Of a DNA stretch of 64,000 nucleotides, positions 8,558-18,627 are shown piece by piece. The position numbers were made by a program, and so were the translations under genes. The DNA is from Candidatus Nanopelagicales bacterium (GTDB lineage Bacteria > Actinomycetota > Actinomycetes > S36-B12). Position 1 is the first letter of the stretch. The number at the start of each line of letters is the position of its first letter. Below the pieces are notes generated by a model. It had not been told where the DNA came from. It saw nothing but the letters and a program-made list of their open reading frames with translations, and did not search any database. The stretch lies in the NCBI GenBank assembly GCA_017854795.1, contig JAFMHB010000005.1, positions 10,143 to 74,142 on the forward strand, in the 5' to 3' direction.

Positions 8558-11020
8558 ATGGCCGTTAAGAAGCAACCTGGGAGTGGTGTCTCAAAGATTA
8601 TTGACACTGATGTCGCAGATGAAATGCGGGACTCCTTCTTGGAATACGCCTATTCGGTTATTTACTCTCGTGCACTACCCGACGCTCGGGATGGCCTAAA
8701 ACCCGTTCAGCGCCGGATTCTTTTTCAGATGAATCAGATGGGTCTTCGTCCAGATCGTGGGCATGTCAAAAGCGCCCGCGTTGTCGGTGAAGTAATGGGT
8801 CGCCTTCACCCCCACGGAGATTCAGCGATCTATGACGCACTTGTTCGCATGTCTCAATCATTTTCACTTCGCCTCCCACTCATTGATGGTCATGGCAACT
8901 TCGGCTCACTTGACGACGGCCCTGCCGCTATGCGTTACACCGAAGCGCGCCTAGCTCAGAGTGCAATTGACATGACCGCAGGTATCGACGAAGACGTAGT
9001 GGATTTTTCCCCGAATTACGACGGGCGCGAAGTTGAACCAGTTGTATTACCTGCAGCAATTCCTCACCTACTGGTAAACGGTGCAAGTGGCATTGCCGTC
9101 GGCATGGCGACAAACCTTGCCCCCCACAATCTTTCTGAAGTGATAAATGCAACGAGATTCCTCCTCGATCACCCACAGGCCACCCTTGACGAACTCATGA
9201 CCTTTATTCCGGGTCCAGATTTCGCTACCGGAGGTGTGATTATTGGTCTTGACGGGATCAGAGATGCCTACGAAAGTGGAAGGGGAACATTCAAGGTTCG
9301 CGCTCGAGCAAAAATAGAACAGATCACGCCCAGAAAACGTGGGATTGTGGTGACGGAGTTACCCGCAAACATCGGTCCGGAACGGGTTATCGAACGCGTC
9401 AAGGACCTAGTTGTGGGCAAAAAGCTTCAGGGCATTTCCGACATCGTTGACCTGACTGACGGTGACTCGGGCCTGCAACTCGTTATCGAATGTAAGAGCT
9501 CCTTTTCTCCAGAAGCCGTCCTAGAGCAGCTTTTCAAACTAACTCCGATGGAAGACTCTTTCAATATCAATGCGGTTGCATTAGTTGATGGGCAGCCGGT
9601 CACCCTAGGGCTCAAACAGATGATTGAAGTCTTTGTTGATCACCGAATGAATGTGGTAACCAGGCGCAGTCGTTTTCGCAAGGAAGTCGCGGCCAGTCGA
9701 CTGCATCTGGTTGCTGGTTTACTCACCGCAATTCTTGACATCGATGAAGTGATTCAAGTAATTCGCAACAGCGATGACACCGCTGCCGCAAGAAACCGAC
9801 TTATGGACATTTTTGACTTAACGGAGATTCAAACAAATTACATACTAGAGATGCCATTACGCCGACTCACTAAGTTTTCACGAATTGAACTGGATAAAGA
9901 ATCTGACCAGTTGCGTTCAACAATTCAGGAACTCGAGGCGCTTCTTGCTAGCGAGGTCCGCCTTCGCGCCCTCGTATCAGATGAATTAGCACAAGTTAGT
10001 TCAATACATTCCAACCCACGAAGAACCTTGTTACTGGAAGCATCCGGAACCCCACAGGTTTCTGCCAATACCTCTATGGAAATTGCTGATGAAGACTGCG
10101 TTGTCCTGCTGTCAAGCACGGGTTTGATAGCACGGACAGCTTCTATTAGTTCTGAGGTTTCGTCTAACACAGAAATTAATGCTCGGACAAGTCATGACGT
10201 TGTAGTTTCTGCGGCCCGTGGCACCTCTCGCGGTGAGTTAGGAATCCTCACATCCTTTGGAAATGTCCATCGAATTTCGGTAGTGGATATCCCCGCCATT
10301 CCCCCAACTACAGGTGTTCCGGGACTCAGTGGCGGTGCACCAATCGGTGCATTCCTAACACTTGAAAAAAATGAGAACCCCATCGCCGTTCTTAATCTTG
10401 ATTCACCGCTGGTTCTGGGCACACGCAATGGCTTAGTTAAGCGCTTGGTATCAACCCACGCGATCAATCGTCCTGTCTGGGACGTCATCGGCCTAGATGA
10501 GTCAGATTCTGTTGTAGGGGCTGTCGCACTCGACGACCAAAATGCCACCCAGTGCCAATTAGTGTTCATAAGTGCCGCAGGGCAGCTACTTCATTTCCCT
10601 GCCACCTCCGTTCGCCCTCAAGGGCGATCGGCAGGAGGTGTCACTGGGATAAAACTTGCTGACTCACATGTAATTTTCTTCGGCGCGGTGAACGCAAGAG
10701 ATGCCAATGTAGTGGTGAGCGTCTCGGGTTCAAGTCAAGCTCTACCAGGAACAGAACTCGGCCATGGAAAAATTTCTCATTTTGATCAGTACCCCGCCAA
10801 AGGGCGGGCAACTTCAGGCGTGAGGGCACATAAGTTTCGATCGGGTGAAGACTCACTACTTCGAGCTTGGTGCGGTCCTGCGCCCGCTCGGGCCGCTACC
10901 TCTAGTGGGAGCGCTGCGCCCCTCCCAAGCCAAGATGGGAAACGCGATGGCACGGGTTCACAACTCACACACCCGATAGATGCAATCGGTGGTCCCATCA
11001 CGATTCGTTTAGAAACTTGA
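8558..11020 (+). CDS. DNA topoisomerase (ATP-hydrolysing) subunit A, topoisomerase IV/ParC-like GyrA paralogue
   Basis: It has the motifs EYAYSVIYSRALPDARDGLKPVQRRILF and HPHGDSAIYDALVRM, with the catalytic AAMRYTE. I chose ATG 8558, which has an upstream GAGAGGA, rather than 8411, which overlaps the kinase gene. Confidence 0.85.
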   Translation: MAVKKQPGSGVSKIIDTDVADEMRDSFLEYAYSVIYSRALPDARDGLKPVQRRILFQMNQMGLRPDRGHVKSARVVGEVMGRLHPHGDSAIYDALVRMSQSFSLRLPLIDGHGNFGSLDDGPAAMRYTEARLAQSAIDMTAGIDEDVVDFSPNYDGREVEPVVLPAAIPHLLVNGASGIAVGMATNLAPHNLSEVINATRFLLDHPQATLDELMTFIPGPDFATGGVIIGLDGIRDAYESGRGTFKVRARAKIEQITPRKRGIVVTELPANIGPERVIERVKDLVVGKKLQGISDIVDLTDGDSGLQLVIECKSSFSPEAVLEQLFKLTPMEDSFNINAVALVDGQPVTLGLKQMIEVFVDHRMNVVTRRSRFRKEVAASRLHLVAGLLTAILDIDEVIQVIRNSDDTAAARNRLMDIFDLTEIQTNYILEMPLRRLTKFSRIELDKESDQLRSTIQELEALLASEVRLRALVSDELAQVSSIHSNPRRTLLLEASGTPQVSANTSMEIADEDCVVLLSSTGLIARTASISSEVSSNTEINARTSHDVVVSAARGTSRGELGILTSFGNVHRISVVDIPAIPPTTGVPGLSGGAPIGAFLTLEKNENPIAVLNLDSPLVLGTRNGLVKRLVSTHAINRPVWDVIGLDESDSVVGAVALDDQNATQCQLVFISAAGQLLHFPATSVRPQGRSAGGVTGIKLADSHVIFFGAVNARDANVVVSVSGSSQALPGTELGHGKISHFDQYPAKGRATSGVRAHKFRSGEDSLLRAWCGPAPARAATSSGSAAPLPSQDGKRDGTGSQLTHPIDAIGGPITIRLET

Positions 11021-11023
11021 TCC

Positions 11024-11821
11024 GTGTCTACACTCGCACACTGCAGCATTCTCAACGCCCAAATCCCACTTTCTGGGACTGCGCCAACCTCCAACTCTTG
11101 GCTCGTTGTGGTCCACCAGGGTCCGTGGGGCGAGCGTCCACTTGACACCCTCGTTTCACAAGATCTCACTATTTGGGCGAATCAAAACAATGCCAAAATT
11201 CTGTTGGCACGAACACCCAAGGGTGTCGACCCCTATCCGGAAACAACCTATTTCTATGCAACCCCGGATGGCGATTTACTAATAGGCTCCTTGAATTCGC
11301 ATGGCATTCCCGATCTCACCATGACGCATCCGTCACAACCGATGTTACTTATCTGCACCAACGGTAAACGTGATCGGTGCTGTGCTATTTTCGGAAGAGA
11401 CCTCATTGCACGATCCAAGGAATTGCTCGCGCCCGATCTATTTGGACAGATCCTAGAGTGCTCTCACTTGGGTGGGCATCGGTTTGCCCCAACTGCCATC
11501 TGGTTGCCGGAAAAGCTTATTCTCGGGCGTCTTACACCACATGCGATCGCGGGCTTACTGAAGTACGACACCATCGAATCCCAATTCATCAGGGGCGATT
11601 CACAACTAACACCTGCTCAACAGGTTGTCCATGCATCTACCTGGCCACAGAGGCCTGAGTTCGAGACATGTGAGCAAGATGGCAGTGAACTTCACATTGC
11701 GGCCTTGATAAATGGCACTCGAAAACTTTTCACCGTCTCAACCACAACCGTTGAGATCGTGGCATCCTGTGGTGCCGAGCCAAAATTCGATACTTGGTAC
11801 CAACTCAAAGAGAAAGCTTGA
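11024..11821 (+). CDS. Sucrase/ferredoxin-like (thioredoxin-like [2Fe-2S]) family protein
   Basis: 265 aa with the motifs ICTNGKRDRCCAIFG and CSHLGGHRFAPT, characteristic of the Suc_Fer-like family. Confidence 0.7.
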   Translation: MSTLAHCSILNAQIPLSGTAPTSNSWLVVVHQGPWGERPLDTLVSQDLTIWANQNNAKILLARTPKGVDPYPETTYFYATPDGDLLIGSLNSHGIPDLTMTHPSQPMLLICTNGKRDRCCAIFGRDLIARSKELLAPDLFGQILECSHLGGHRFAPTAIWLPEKLILGRLTPHAIAGLLKYDTIESQFIRGDSQLTPAQQVVHASTWPQRPEFETCEQDGSELHIAALINGTRKLFTVSTTTVEIVASCGAEPKFDTWYQLKEKA

Positions 11822-11833
11822 TTGAAGTTTCGG

Positions 11834-13129
11834 TTAGCGCCCTAGGCCGATCCGGAGCAATTCCTCACGGCCGTGAACAGTTGTTCGCTCACGGCCCCGG
11901 GATTTCCCAAGATCTTTTTCGTGGGCATCAATCTTTTTCCAGCCTGCAAAATCGACAATGTCAATATTTCGATCTGCCAGCAATTGATCGATTTCCTGCT
12001 TACTCGTAGCCGAGGATTCGCTACTCCTCGTGACAAGTGTGTTTATGCACGATACAGCGTCTTTTTTATTTGTACCGATAATCCCTGATGGTCCACGCTT
12101 GATCCAACCTGCAACATAAGAGTTCGGTAGTCCAACCACCGCGCTGTCCGTGCTGGGAATCACATTGGATTCCTCGTCAAATGGGACACCGGGCAGTCCT
12201 TCTCCGCGGTATCCGATACTGCGAATGACCATTTTAGATGGAATCTCTTTTACAATCCCTGATGCAACTAGTCGACCATCCGAATCCCGTGTCATTGCGT
12301 CAACGCTCAATACTCCGTGATCAAGATCCATGCTTTTGGGTGCAGAGTAGAAATGAAATTGGATGCTCTTGTCTGCGTGCGCTTCGCGCTTGGCCCACTG
12401 TGCCATTACGTCAAGATTGCGCGCCACAATCTTGCTCTCGGTTACCTGAGTGAAATGATCTGGCAAATCTTTGGGGTCAACAATTACGTCCACGCCAGAA
12501 ATCTCACCTAGTTCCTTCAATTCTTTTGTCGTAAAAGTCGCATGTTCAGGGCCTCGTCGGCCAACAACATGTACCCGTCGGACCGAGCTACGCGAAAGTG
12601 CATCAAGGACGTGTTGCGGAATATCAGTCTGTTCCAGTTCGGACACGGGCTTAACAAGAATCCGTGTGACATCAACAGCAACATTTCCCAAACCAATTAC
12701 TGCAACGTCGCTCGCATGTGAAAGCATTTCACCGAAGTCATTGGCGTCGGGGTGTCCCGTGTACCAACGAACAAACGAGGTAGCGGCAATACTCATTGGG
12801 TGGTCCTCCCCTGGAATCCCCAGTGCTCGGTCCAGCGAAGCTCCGTAGGTAAAGACGATAGCGTCGTAATGCTTCTGTAGCTCTTCAACCGATATATCCC
12901 GACCAATAGTTACATTCCCGCGAAAACGCACCAATGGATTCTCGAAGGTTTCCGACAACTTGTCGCGCACTGATCTAATGGAGTAATGATCGGGAGCAAC
13001 TCCGTATCGCACCAAGCCGAATGGCACCGGCAGGCAATCGTAGACATCAACTTCCACTTTGTAGTCCGCGGCTAAATGCTCGGCAGCGTAAATGCCCGAA
13101 GGGCCCGCGCCAACGACTGCAACTCTCAT
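11834..13129 (-). CDS. Ferredoxin--NADP(+) reductase, FprA type
   Basis: 431 aa with an N-terminal FAD dinucleotide fold (MRVAVVGAGPSGIYAA) and a second Rossmann motif (VAVIGLGNVAVDV). The length is similar to mycobacterial FprA. Confidence 0.8.
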   Translation of the reverse strand: MRVAVVGAGPSGIYAAEHLAADYKVEVDVYDCLPVPFGLVRYGVAPDHYSIRSVRDKLSETFENPLVRFRGNVTIGRDISVEELQKHYDAIVFTYGASLDRALGIPGEDHPMSIAATSFVRWYTGHPDANDFGEMLSHASDVAVIGLGNVAVDVTRILVKPVSELEQTDIPQHVLDALSRSSVRRVHVVGRRGPEHATFTTKELKELGEISGVDVIVDPKDLPDHFTQVTESKIVARNLDVMAQWAKREAHADKSIQFHFYSAPKSMDLDHGVLSVDAMTRDSDGRLVASGIVKEIPSKMVIRSIGYRGEGLPGVPFDEESNVIPSTDSAVVGLPNSYVAGWIKRGPSGIIGTNKKDAVSCINTLVTRSSESSATSKQEIDQLLADRNIDIVDFAGWKKIDAHEKDLGKSRGRERTTVHGREELLRIGLGR

Positions 13130-13153
13130 GAGCGCCTCATTCCACGTCTCGAC

Positions 13154-13675
13154 TTAAATATCCTGGGGCATGAGAAGCCCCGTATGAACATCAAAGATAG
13201 CGCCACCAACAACGATCGACTTTGAGAGTAATGGATACGCGCGTACCCGTGTTACATCAAGCGCCAATGCACTCGCCTGGTCGGTGACAGTTCTAATTTC
13301 AATGCCGCGAGAGTCCACACCAGAGGCGGCAAAAATCGCCTTGTGCATCTCATCCTCGTTTGCTGAGGCCATTCGGCATTCAGTGTGGGGCATCACGAGA
13401 ACGCGATTCACCCCAAGGAGGTGATTCGCCAACACCAGAGTGCGCAACACATCCTCGGTGACACGAGCTCCCGCATTGCGTAGAATTTTTACATCGCCCG
13501 GCATCATGCCTAGCAGAGCAAGTGGATCTATTCGTGAATCCATACACGTCACAACCGCCAAACCTCTTCGTGCAACACCTGTGAGTTCCCTATCATTGAA
13601 GTGAAGTGAGTACTCTCTATTCGCTTCTAGAACGTCTGCAAAATCGACGTTGAAGACCGTCACGTTGTTGGTCAT
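13154..13675 (-). CDS. Beta-class carbonic anhydrase
   Basis: 173 aa with zinc-ligand motifs (CMDSRI, HTEC) and a compact CanA-like size. Its ATG overlaps the stop of the upstream topoisomerase B gene (ATGA). Confidence 0.85.
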   Translation of the reverse strand: MTNNVTVFNVDFADVLEANREYSLHFNDRELTGVARRGLAVVTCMDSRIDPLALLGMMPGDVKILRNAGARVTEDVLRTLVLANHLLGVNRVLVMPHTECRMASANEDEMHKAIFAASGVDSRGIEIRTVTDQASALALDVTRVRAYPLLSKSIVVGGAIFDVHTGLLMPQDI

Positions 13676-15759
13676 GCATCAATCCTTTCTCGATCAAGGT
13701 TCTGCGCCCCTGAAACAATGAATTCCTTTCGAGGAGCAACGTCAGTTCCCATTAAAAGATCAAAGACGTCCACGGCATTGTCAGCATCAGAGATCGTCAT
13801 GCGACGCAAGGTGCGGCGCGCTGGGTCCATGGTTGTTTCCCGCAGTTGATGGGAGTCCATTTCTCCAAGACCTTTATAACGCTGAACGGGATCTTTGACC
13901 CGTTTTCCCTGCTTGTCGGCCTGAGCCAGAGCCGTTTTCATTTCCTGATCAGAATATGTGTAGATCACGTCATTAGCCTTGACACCTGCATTCACCACCT
14001 CAATACGGTGTAACGGCGGGACCGCTGCGAATACCCGTCCATCTTCTAGAAGTGGTCGCATATAGCGATTGATTAGTGTGAGCAGTAGGCATCGGATGTG
14101 AGCTCCGTCAACGTCCGCATCGGACATTAAAATAATTTTCCCGTAGCGGGCTTGTCCAAGATCGAATGAGCGTCCAGATCCAGCCCCGATCACCTGAATT
14201 ATTGAGGCGCATTCGGTATTCTTTAACATGTCAGACAGAGATGACTTCTGGACATTGAGAATCTTTCCCCGAATCGGCAACAACGCCTGGAATTTGGAAT
14301 CACGAGCTGACTTGGCTGTACCGAGTGCACTGTCGCCCTCAACAATAAAAAGTTCAGATTCCGCAACGTCCGTACTGCGACAGTCGACCAGTTTCGCTGG
14401 CATTGAGGATGACTCGAGGGCAGTTTTCCTTCGCTGGGTATCCCGGTGACTGCGTGCTGCCACTCGCGCCCGCATGGCATTAGCTACTTTTTCGGCAATA
14501 GTTCGGGCATTTGCCTTGTCACCTCGTGGAGGTGTCTTTAGCCATTTGGTCATTTCTTTAGCAACCACCGCGGACACAATGCGGGTTGCCGCTGGCGTAC
14601 CAAGAACCTCCTTCGTTTGGCCTTCAAATTGAGGCTCAGCAAGGCGCACGGATACAACAGCAGTGAGACCTTCACTCACATCCTCCTTGGTAACACCGTC
14701 TTCGCTTGCTCTGAGGATTTTGGAGTCTTTCAGGTATTCATTGAAAACTTTGGTGAGTGCTCGCTCTAGTCCAATCACGTGCGTCCCACCTTTGGGCGTT
14801 GCTATCACGTTGACGAATGAACGCAGGGTTGATTCATATCCGGTATTCCAGATTAAACCGATATCCACGCCCAAGTCACGCTGAACTTCTTGACTCGTCA
14901 TGTGCCCCTGATCATCGAGGACGGGAACAGTCTCTGCGAAGTGTCCAGTACCCCTGAGCCGGATTACACCTCCGATCTCCTCACCCGTGCTGAGGTAACT
15001 GGCGTACTCGGCGATCCCACCCTTATGCTGAAAGGTTTCCTCCCAGGTGTCCTCGCTGTCTCGGAGGTCAGCGAGCCGAATTGTGAGGCCTGGCACCAAG
15101 AAGGAACTTTGCAACGCGCGTTCACGCAATGCAGTTCGGTCGTATCGAGCATCCTTTGTGAACACTTCGTGGTCAGACCACCAACGCACCGTTGTGCCAC
15201 TACGTGTGCGAGGAGCTTTGCCTGTGATATTCAGTCCACTTTTTTTGGAGAAAGCACCATGAGGGCCTTCTTCATCGAAGTTGCCCGGGACGCCACGACG
15301 GAATGACATCGAGTAAATTTTGCCGCCACGAGTCACCGAGACATCGAGTCTGGATGACAATGCGTTAACAACTGATGCACCTACTCCGTGAAGGCCACCT
15401 GATGCTGCATACGATCCGCCACCAAATTTTCCACCAGCATGAAGCTTGGTCATAACTACTTCCACACCTGTGAGCTTTGTCCTTTTCTCGATGTCCACGG
15501 GGATGCCACGACCATTATCCTGAACTTCGGCTGAACCATCGGACAGTAGCGTCACGGAGATTTCAGTACAGAAACCAGCTAGAGCTTCGTCTACTCCGTT
15601 GTCAACAATCTCCCAGAGGCAATGCATCAATCCACGGGAGTCATTGGAGCCGATATACATTCCCGGGCGTTTGCGAACCGCCTCTAAGCCTTCTAAGACC
15701 GCAATATTTTTAGATGTGTAATCCTGCGCGGAATCACTTGAGGACTTCGGTTTTACCAC
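13672..15759 (-). CDS. DNA topoisomerase (ATP-hydrolysing) subunit B, topoisomerase IV/ParE-like GyrB paralogue
   Basis: 695 aa with a GHKL ATPase domain (LEAVRKRPGMYIG, LHCLWEIVDNGVDE, GGLHGVG) and a Toprim domain (ELFIVEGDSA, PIRGKILNV, IMSDADVDGAHI). Confidence 0.85.
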   Translation of the reverse strand: MVKPKSSSDSAQDYTSKNIAVLEGLEAVRKRPGMYIGSNDSRGLMHCLWEIVDNGVDEALAGFCTEISVTLLSDGSAEVQDNGRGIPVDIEKRTKLTGVEVVMTKLHAGGKFGGGSYAASGGLHGVGASVVNALSSRLDVSVTRGGKIYSMSFRRGVPGNFDEEGPHGAFSKKSGLNITGKAPRTRSGTTVRWWSDHEVFTKDARYDRTALRERALQSSFLVPGLTIRLADLRDSEDTWEETFQHKGGIAEYASYLSTGEEIGGVIRLRGTGHFAETVPVLDDQGHMTSQEVQRDLGVDIGLIWNTGYESTLRSFVNVIATPKGGTHVIGLERALTKVFNEYLKDSKILRASEDGVTKEDVSEGLTAVVSVRLAEPQFEGQTKEVLGTPAATRIVSAVVAKEMTKWLKTPPRGDKANARTIAEKVANAMRARVAARSHRDTQRRKTALESSSMPAKLVDCRSTDVAESELFIVEGDSALGTAKSARDSKFQALLPIRGKILNVQKSSLSDMLKNTECASIIQVIGAGSGRSFDLGQARYGKIILMSDADVDGAHIRCLLLTLINRYMRPLLEDGRVFAAVPPLHRIEVVNAGVKANDVIYTYSDQEMKTALAQADKQGKRVKDPVQRYKGLGEMDSHQLRETTMDPARRTLRRMTISDADNAVDVFDLLMGTDVAPRKEFIVSGAQNLDRERIDA

Positions 15760-15936
15760 TGCCCTAACCTACTGGAGGCTTACTCCAGACCGTGGGAATG
15801 ACTCACGTCAGTGGATCCATGGGTCCGAAGGTCAATGGATCAGTAGGTCAAGAGTTAGGGGATCTACGACTTCGCTATTGGCGAACCTCGGAGTGCCTAT
15901 GCACCAAGAAGCTAGTTTTCGTGTTTAACTTAAGTC

Positions 15937-16152
15937 ATGTCCGCATCTAGCACTCAGACCCTGGCCCCCGCAACCCTTACGTCCACAGATCGTTGTGATC
16001 GGTGTGGAGCGCAGGCATACGTCATGGCCGAACTTCCCGGAGGTTCACAATTACTGTTCTGTGGTCACCATTGGGGCACGCATGAGGCGGCAATACGGCC
16101 AAAGGTGGTCACCATCGTCGATGAACTGCACCGGCTCAACGAACGTCCGTAG
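15937..16152 (+). CDS. Small conserved Cys/His protein (DUF7455-like)
   Basis: 71 aa with the motif DRCDRCGAQAYV...LLFCGHHW. It lies convergent with the principal sigma factor gene. Confidence 0.55.
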   Translation: MSASSTQTLAPATLTSTDRCDRCGAQAYVMAELPGGSQLLFCGHHWGTHEAAIRPKVVTIVDELHRLNERP

Positions 16153-16214
16153 CATCCCCGTCCTGGGTCGAACCTGTGGGTCAAATCCGCTGGTCCGACT
16201 TTCTTATGACCTTT

Positions 16215-17636
16215 TTAGTCGAGGTAATCTCGAAGGACCTGTGACCTACTTGGGTGGCGAAGTTTGGACATGGTCTTGCTCTCAATCTGCCGGATTCTTT
16301 CGCGTGTAACTCCGTACACTTTCCCGATTTCATCGAGAGTCTTTGGTTGCCCATCTGTCAAGCCGAAGCGCATGCGTACCACGCCAGCCTCACGATCACT
16401 CAAGGTATCAAGGACAGATTCAAGCTGTTCCTGTAACAGGGTGAATGAAACCGCGTCGCTGGGGACGATGGCCTCGGAATCTTCAATCAGGTCCCCGAAC
16501 TCGCTATCGCCCTCTTCACCCAGTGGTGTGTGAAGCGAAATGGGTTCGCGGCCATACTTTTGGACTTCGACAACCTTCTCAGGAGTCATATCCAATTCCA
16601 TTGCCAATTCTTCAGGGGTGGGTTCGCGACCCAGATCCTGCAGCATTTGACGCTGTACTCGCGCCAGCTTGTTAATTACTTCGACCATATGAACAGGGAT
16701 CCGAATGGTTCGTGCCTGGTCGGCCATGGCCCGCGTGATCGCTTGACGAATCCACCATGTTGCATATGTTGAGAACTTGTAGCCCTTTGTGTAGTCAAAT
16801 TTTTCAACCGCACGAATCAACCCAAGGTTTCCTTCTTGAATCAAGTCAAGAAAAAGCATCCCTCGTCCCGTGTAACGTTTAGCCAAGGAGACCACAAGTC
16901 TTAGGTTGGCCTCAAGAAGGTGATTCTTGGCCCGCCGACCATCGGTTGCAATCCACTCCATGTCGAGACGCGTCTTTTTGTCCATCTTGGCGCCTTCATT
17001 GAGCATCTCCTCGGCGAAAAGACCCGCTTCGATTCGCTTGGCAAGTTCAACTTCCATTTCAGCATTCAGAAGCGGGACCTTGCCAATTTGCTTTAGGTAG
17101 TCCTTAACTGGGTCAGCCGTGGCACCAGCGACCGTCACAGTTTGCACCGGCTCATCGGTCTCGTCGACGTGGGAGATGGTGAACGTCGCAGAGTCCTCAG
17201 ATGCTGCCGTTGGTTCTTCCTTGTCAGCGTCCGCGAGATCCTTCTCAAGATCTATTTCTAAATCTTTTTCCAACTCAGCGGCAACCTTAAGATCTGGCTC
17301 CTCAGATAGGTCAATCTCGATTACTTCATCACCGATTTCGATGACATTCACGAGCGCATCTTTTTCCGGACCGCTCGCCGCCTTTGTTGGCTTGCCGGAC
17401 TTGGTCGACTTGGCTGGCTTAACAGCAGTTTTTGCTGGCGCTTGACTCTGTTTCGCAACTGTTTTTTTCGCTGGCGCAGCCTTCTTGATCGGAGCGACCT
17501 TTTTAGCGGCCACTGCCTTCTTGATTGGAGCGACCTTTTTGGTAGCCGGCGGCTTTACGGCCACTTTTTTCTTCGCCACCGTCGGCTTAGTTGCGGTTTT
17601 CTTCGTGGTAGTCGTCTTTTTCGCTGCAGCTGCCAT
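16215..17636 (-). CDS. sigA: Principal RNA polymerase sigma factor (RpoD/SigA/HrdB)
   Basis: It has a K/A/P-rich N-terminal tail followed by regions 1.2-4 ([53 protein letters not shown]). I chose ATG 17636 ([10 protein letters not shown]) rather than the longer ORF starting at 17777. Confidence 0.92.
   Translation of the reverse strand: MAAAAKKTTTTKKTATKPTVAKKKVAVKPPATKKVAPIKKAVAAKKVAPIKKAAPAKKTVAKQSQAPAKTAVKPAKSTKSGKPTKAASGPEKDALVNVIEIGDEVIEIDLSEEPDLKVAAELEKDLEIDLEKDLADADKEEPTAASEDSATFTISHVDETDEPVQTVTVAGATADPVKDYLKQIGKVPLLNAEMEVELAKRIEAGLFAEEMLNEGAKMDKKTRLDMEWIATDGRRAKNHLLEANLRLVVSLAKRYTGRGMLFLDLIQEGNLGLIRAVEKFDYTKGYKFSTYATWWIRQAITRAMADQARTIRIPVHMVEVINKLARVQRQMLQDLGREPTPEELAMELDMTPEKVVEVQKYGREPISLHTPLGEEGDSEFGDLIEDSEAIVPSDAVSFTLLQEQLESVLDTLSDREAGVVRMRFGLTDGQPKTLDEIGKVYGVTRERIRQIESKTMSKLRHPSRSQVLRDYLD
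17479..17550. repeat. 36-nt in-frame tandem duplication within the sigA N-terminal tail
   Basis: The two copies are gccttcttgatcggagcgaccttttt... and gccttcttgattggagcgaccttttt..., with 26 of the first 27 nt identical. They encode KKVAPIKKA twice. Confidence 0.8.
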
Positions 17637-17727
17637 GTGAGAGTGGGTGCCCTTTCGCCGATGTCCCATAACAAGTGCCCGAGTCAAGCCTGTCGGCTTG
17701 TTCGGGCGCTCTATCTTGACATGCCCG

Positions 17728-18558
17728 TCAGCAATGCCCGACGCCGGGGCAACGTAATCGCGCCTTTGCTTGACCAACGGTGACTGGGATCGAACTGCTC
17801 TGGATCAGCTCACGCTCTATAGGCACCGTATCCAGGGAATCAATGCTGAAAACGCCGCTCCATCTGGTGGTAACGCTGACCTTTTTGCGTCCAGAGGTTA
17901 CAAATGTGTAGGAAATATCCATATCAGGAAAGGGCCCCCCAGCACTGCCGCTGAAAAAGTGCGTTCCATCAAAATTCCAAATCCACGAGGGCATTGTGGA
18001 TATTTCGACGGAAAATCCCGCAATGGGAATTCTCCAACTGACCACCTTCTGAACCTGACCTGACTCGCAGATCAAGGGTAAGTTCGTAATTGCGCCTTGT
18101 CCCGGCCAACAACGCACTGATTGCTCGGGGACATAGCGAGCAAAGTTCTCGGAAATACGATCTTCCAGATCATTAACTGTTGTCACTTCATAGTCCGTCA
18201 AACAAATTCGATCAACTTCTTTCCACTCACCATTTAGAGGTTTAAACCACACCCGCATATGGTCGATAAGCCCTGGACATGCACGAATACCTGCATCACA
18301 ATAATTTTCAGGTCCAGGAACACATGCGACCGTCAACTTCCAATTACAACCGCGGCAGCTGACCACTTCGTTGCGCATGCCACGTTCGACAGATGATGGG
18401 AGGACCAGTCCCCCGCTTCCTTCGTAGCGCACCTGCTCGGGGTTGGCGAAGACATCGGGATTAGCCGCAGCTTGCGGAGTTACAGAACCAAGACATGGCA
18501 ATAAAAGTGCGCCAACGCTCATAAAAAGAACCAAGGTCAAGCGGATTCTATGTTTCAC
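17728..18558 (-). CDS. Secreted cysteine-rich hypothetical protein, possibly with a PKD-like C-terminal domain
   Basis: 276 aa with an N-terminal signal peptide ([21 protein letters not shown]...AAA) and about 11 Cys. The C-terminal segment [11 protein letters not shown]...[19 protein letters not shown] resembles a PKD signature. Confidence 0.6.
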   Translation of the reverse strand: MKHRIRLTLVLFMSVGALLLPCLGSVTPQAAANPDVFANPEQVRYEGSGGLVLPSSVERGMRNEVVSCRGCNWKLTVACVPGPENYCDAGIRACPGLIDHMRVWFKPLNGEWKEVDRICLTDYEVTTVNDLEDRISENFARYVPEQSVRCWPGQGAITNLPLICESGQVQKVVSWRIPIAGFSVEISTMPSWIWNFDGTHFFSGSAGGPFPDMDISYTFVTSGRKKVSVTTRWSGVFSIDSLDTVPIERELIQSSSIPVTVGQAKARLRCPGVGHC

Positions 18559-18627
18559 GCTCTGATTGTTCTTCCGGAATCACCAGCTATCAAGAAGCAA
18601 ATGTGTACCTGTGGAAAACCACAAATG

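Noticed and set aside
15807-15850. GTCAnTGGATC repeated 24 nt apart, plus a third GGTCA, upstream of the DUF7455-like gene.
   Set aside because: There are only two imperfect copies, with no palindromic or phased structure beyond that. This is not distinguishable from chance without comparative data.
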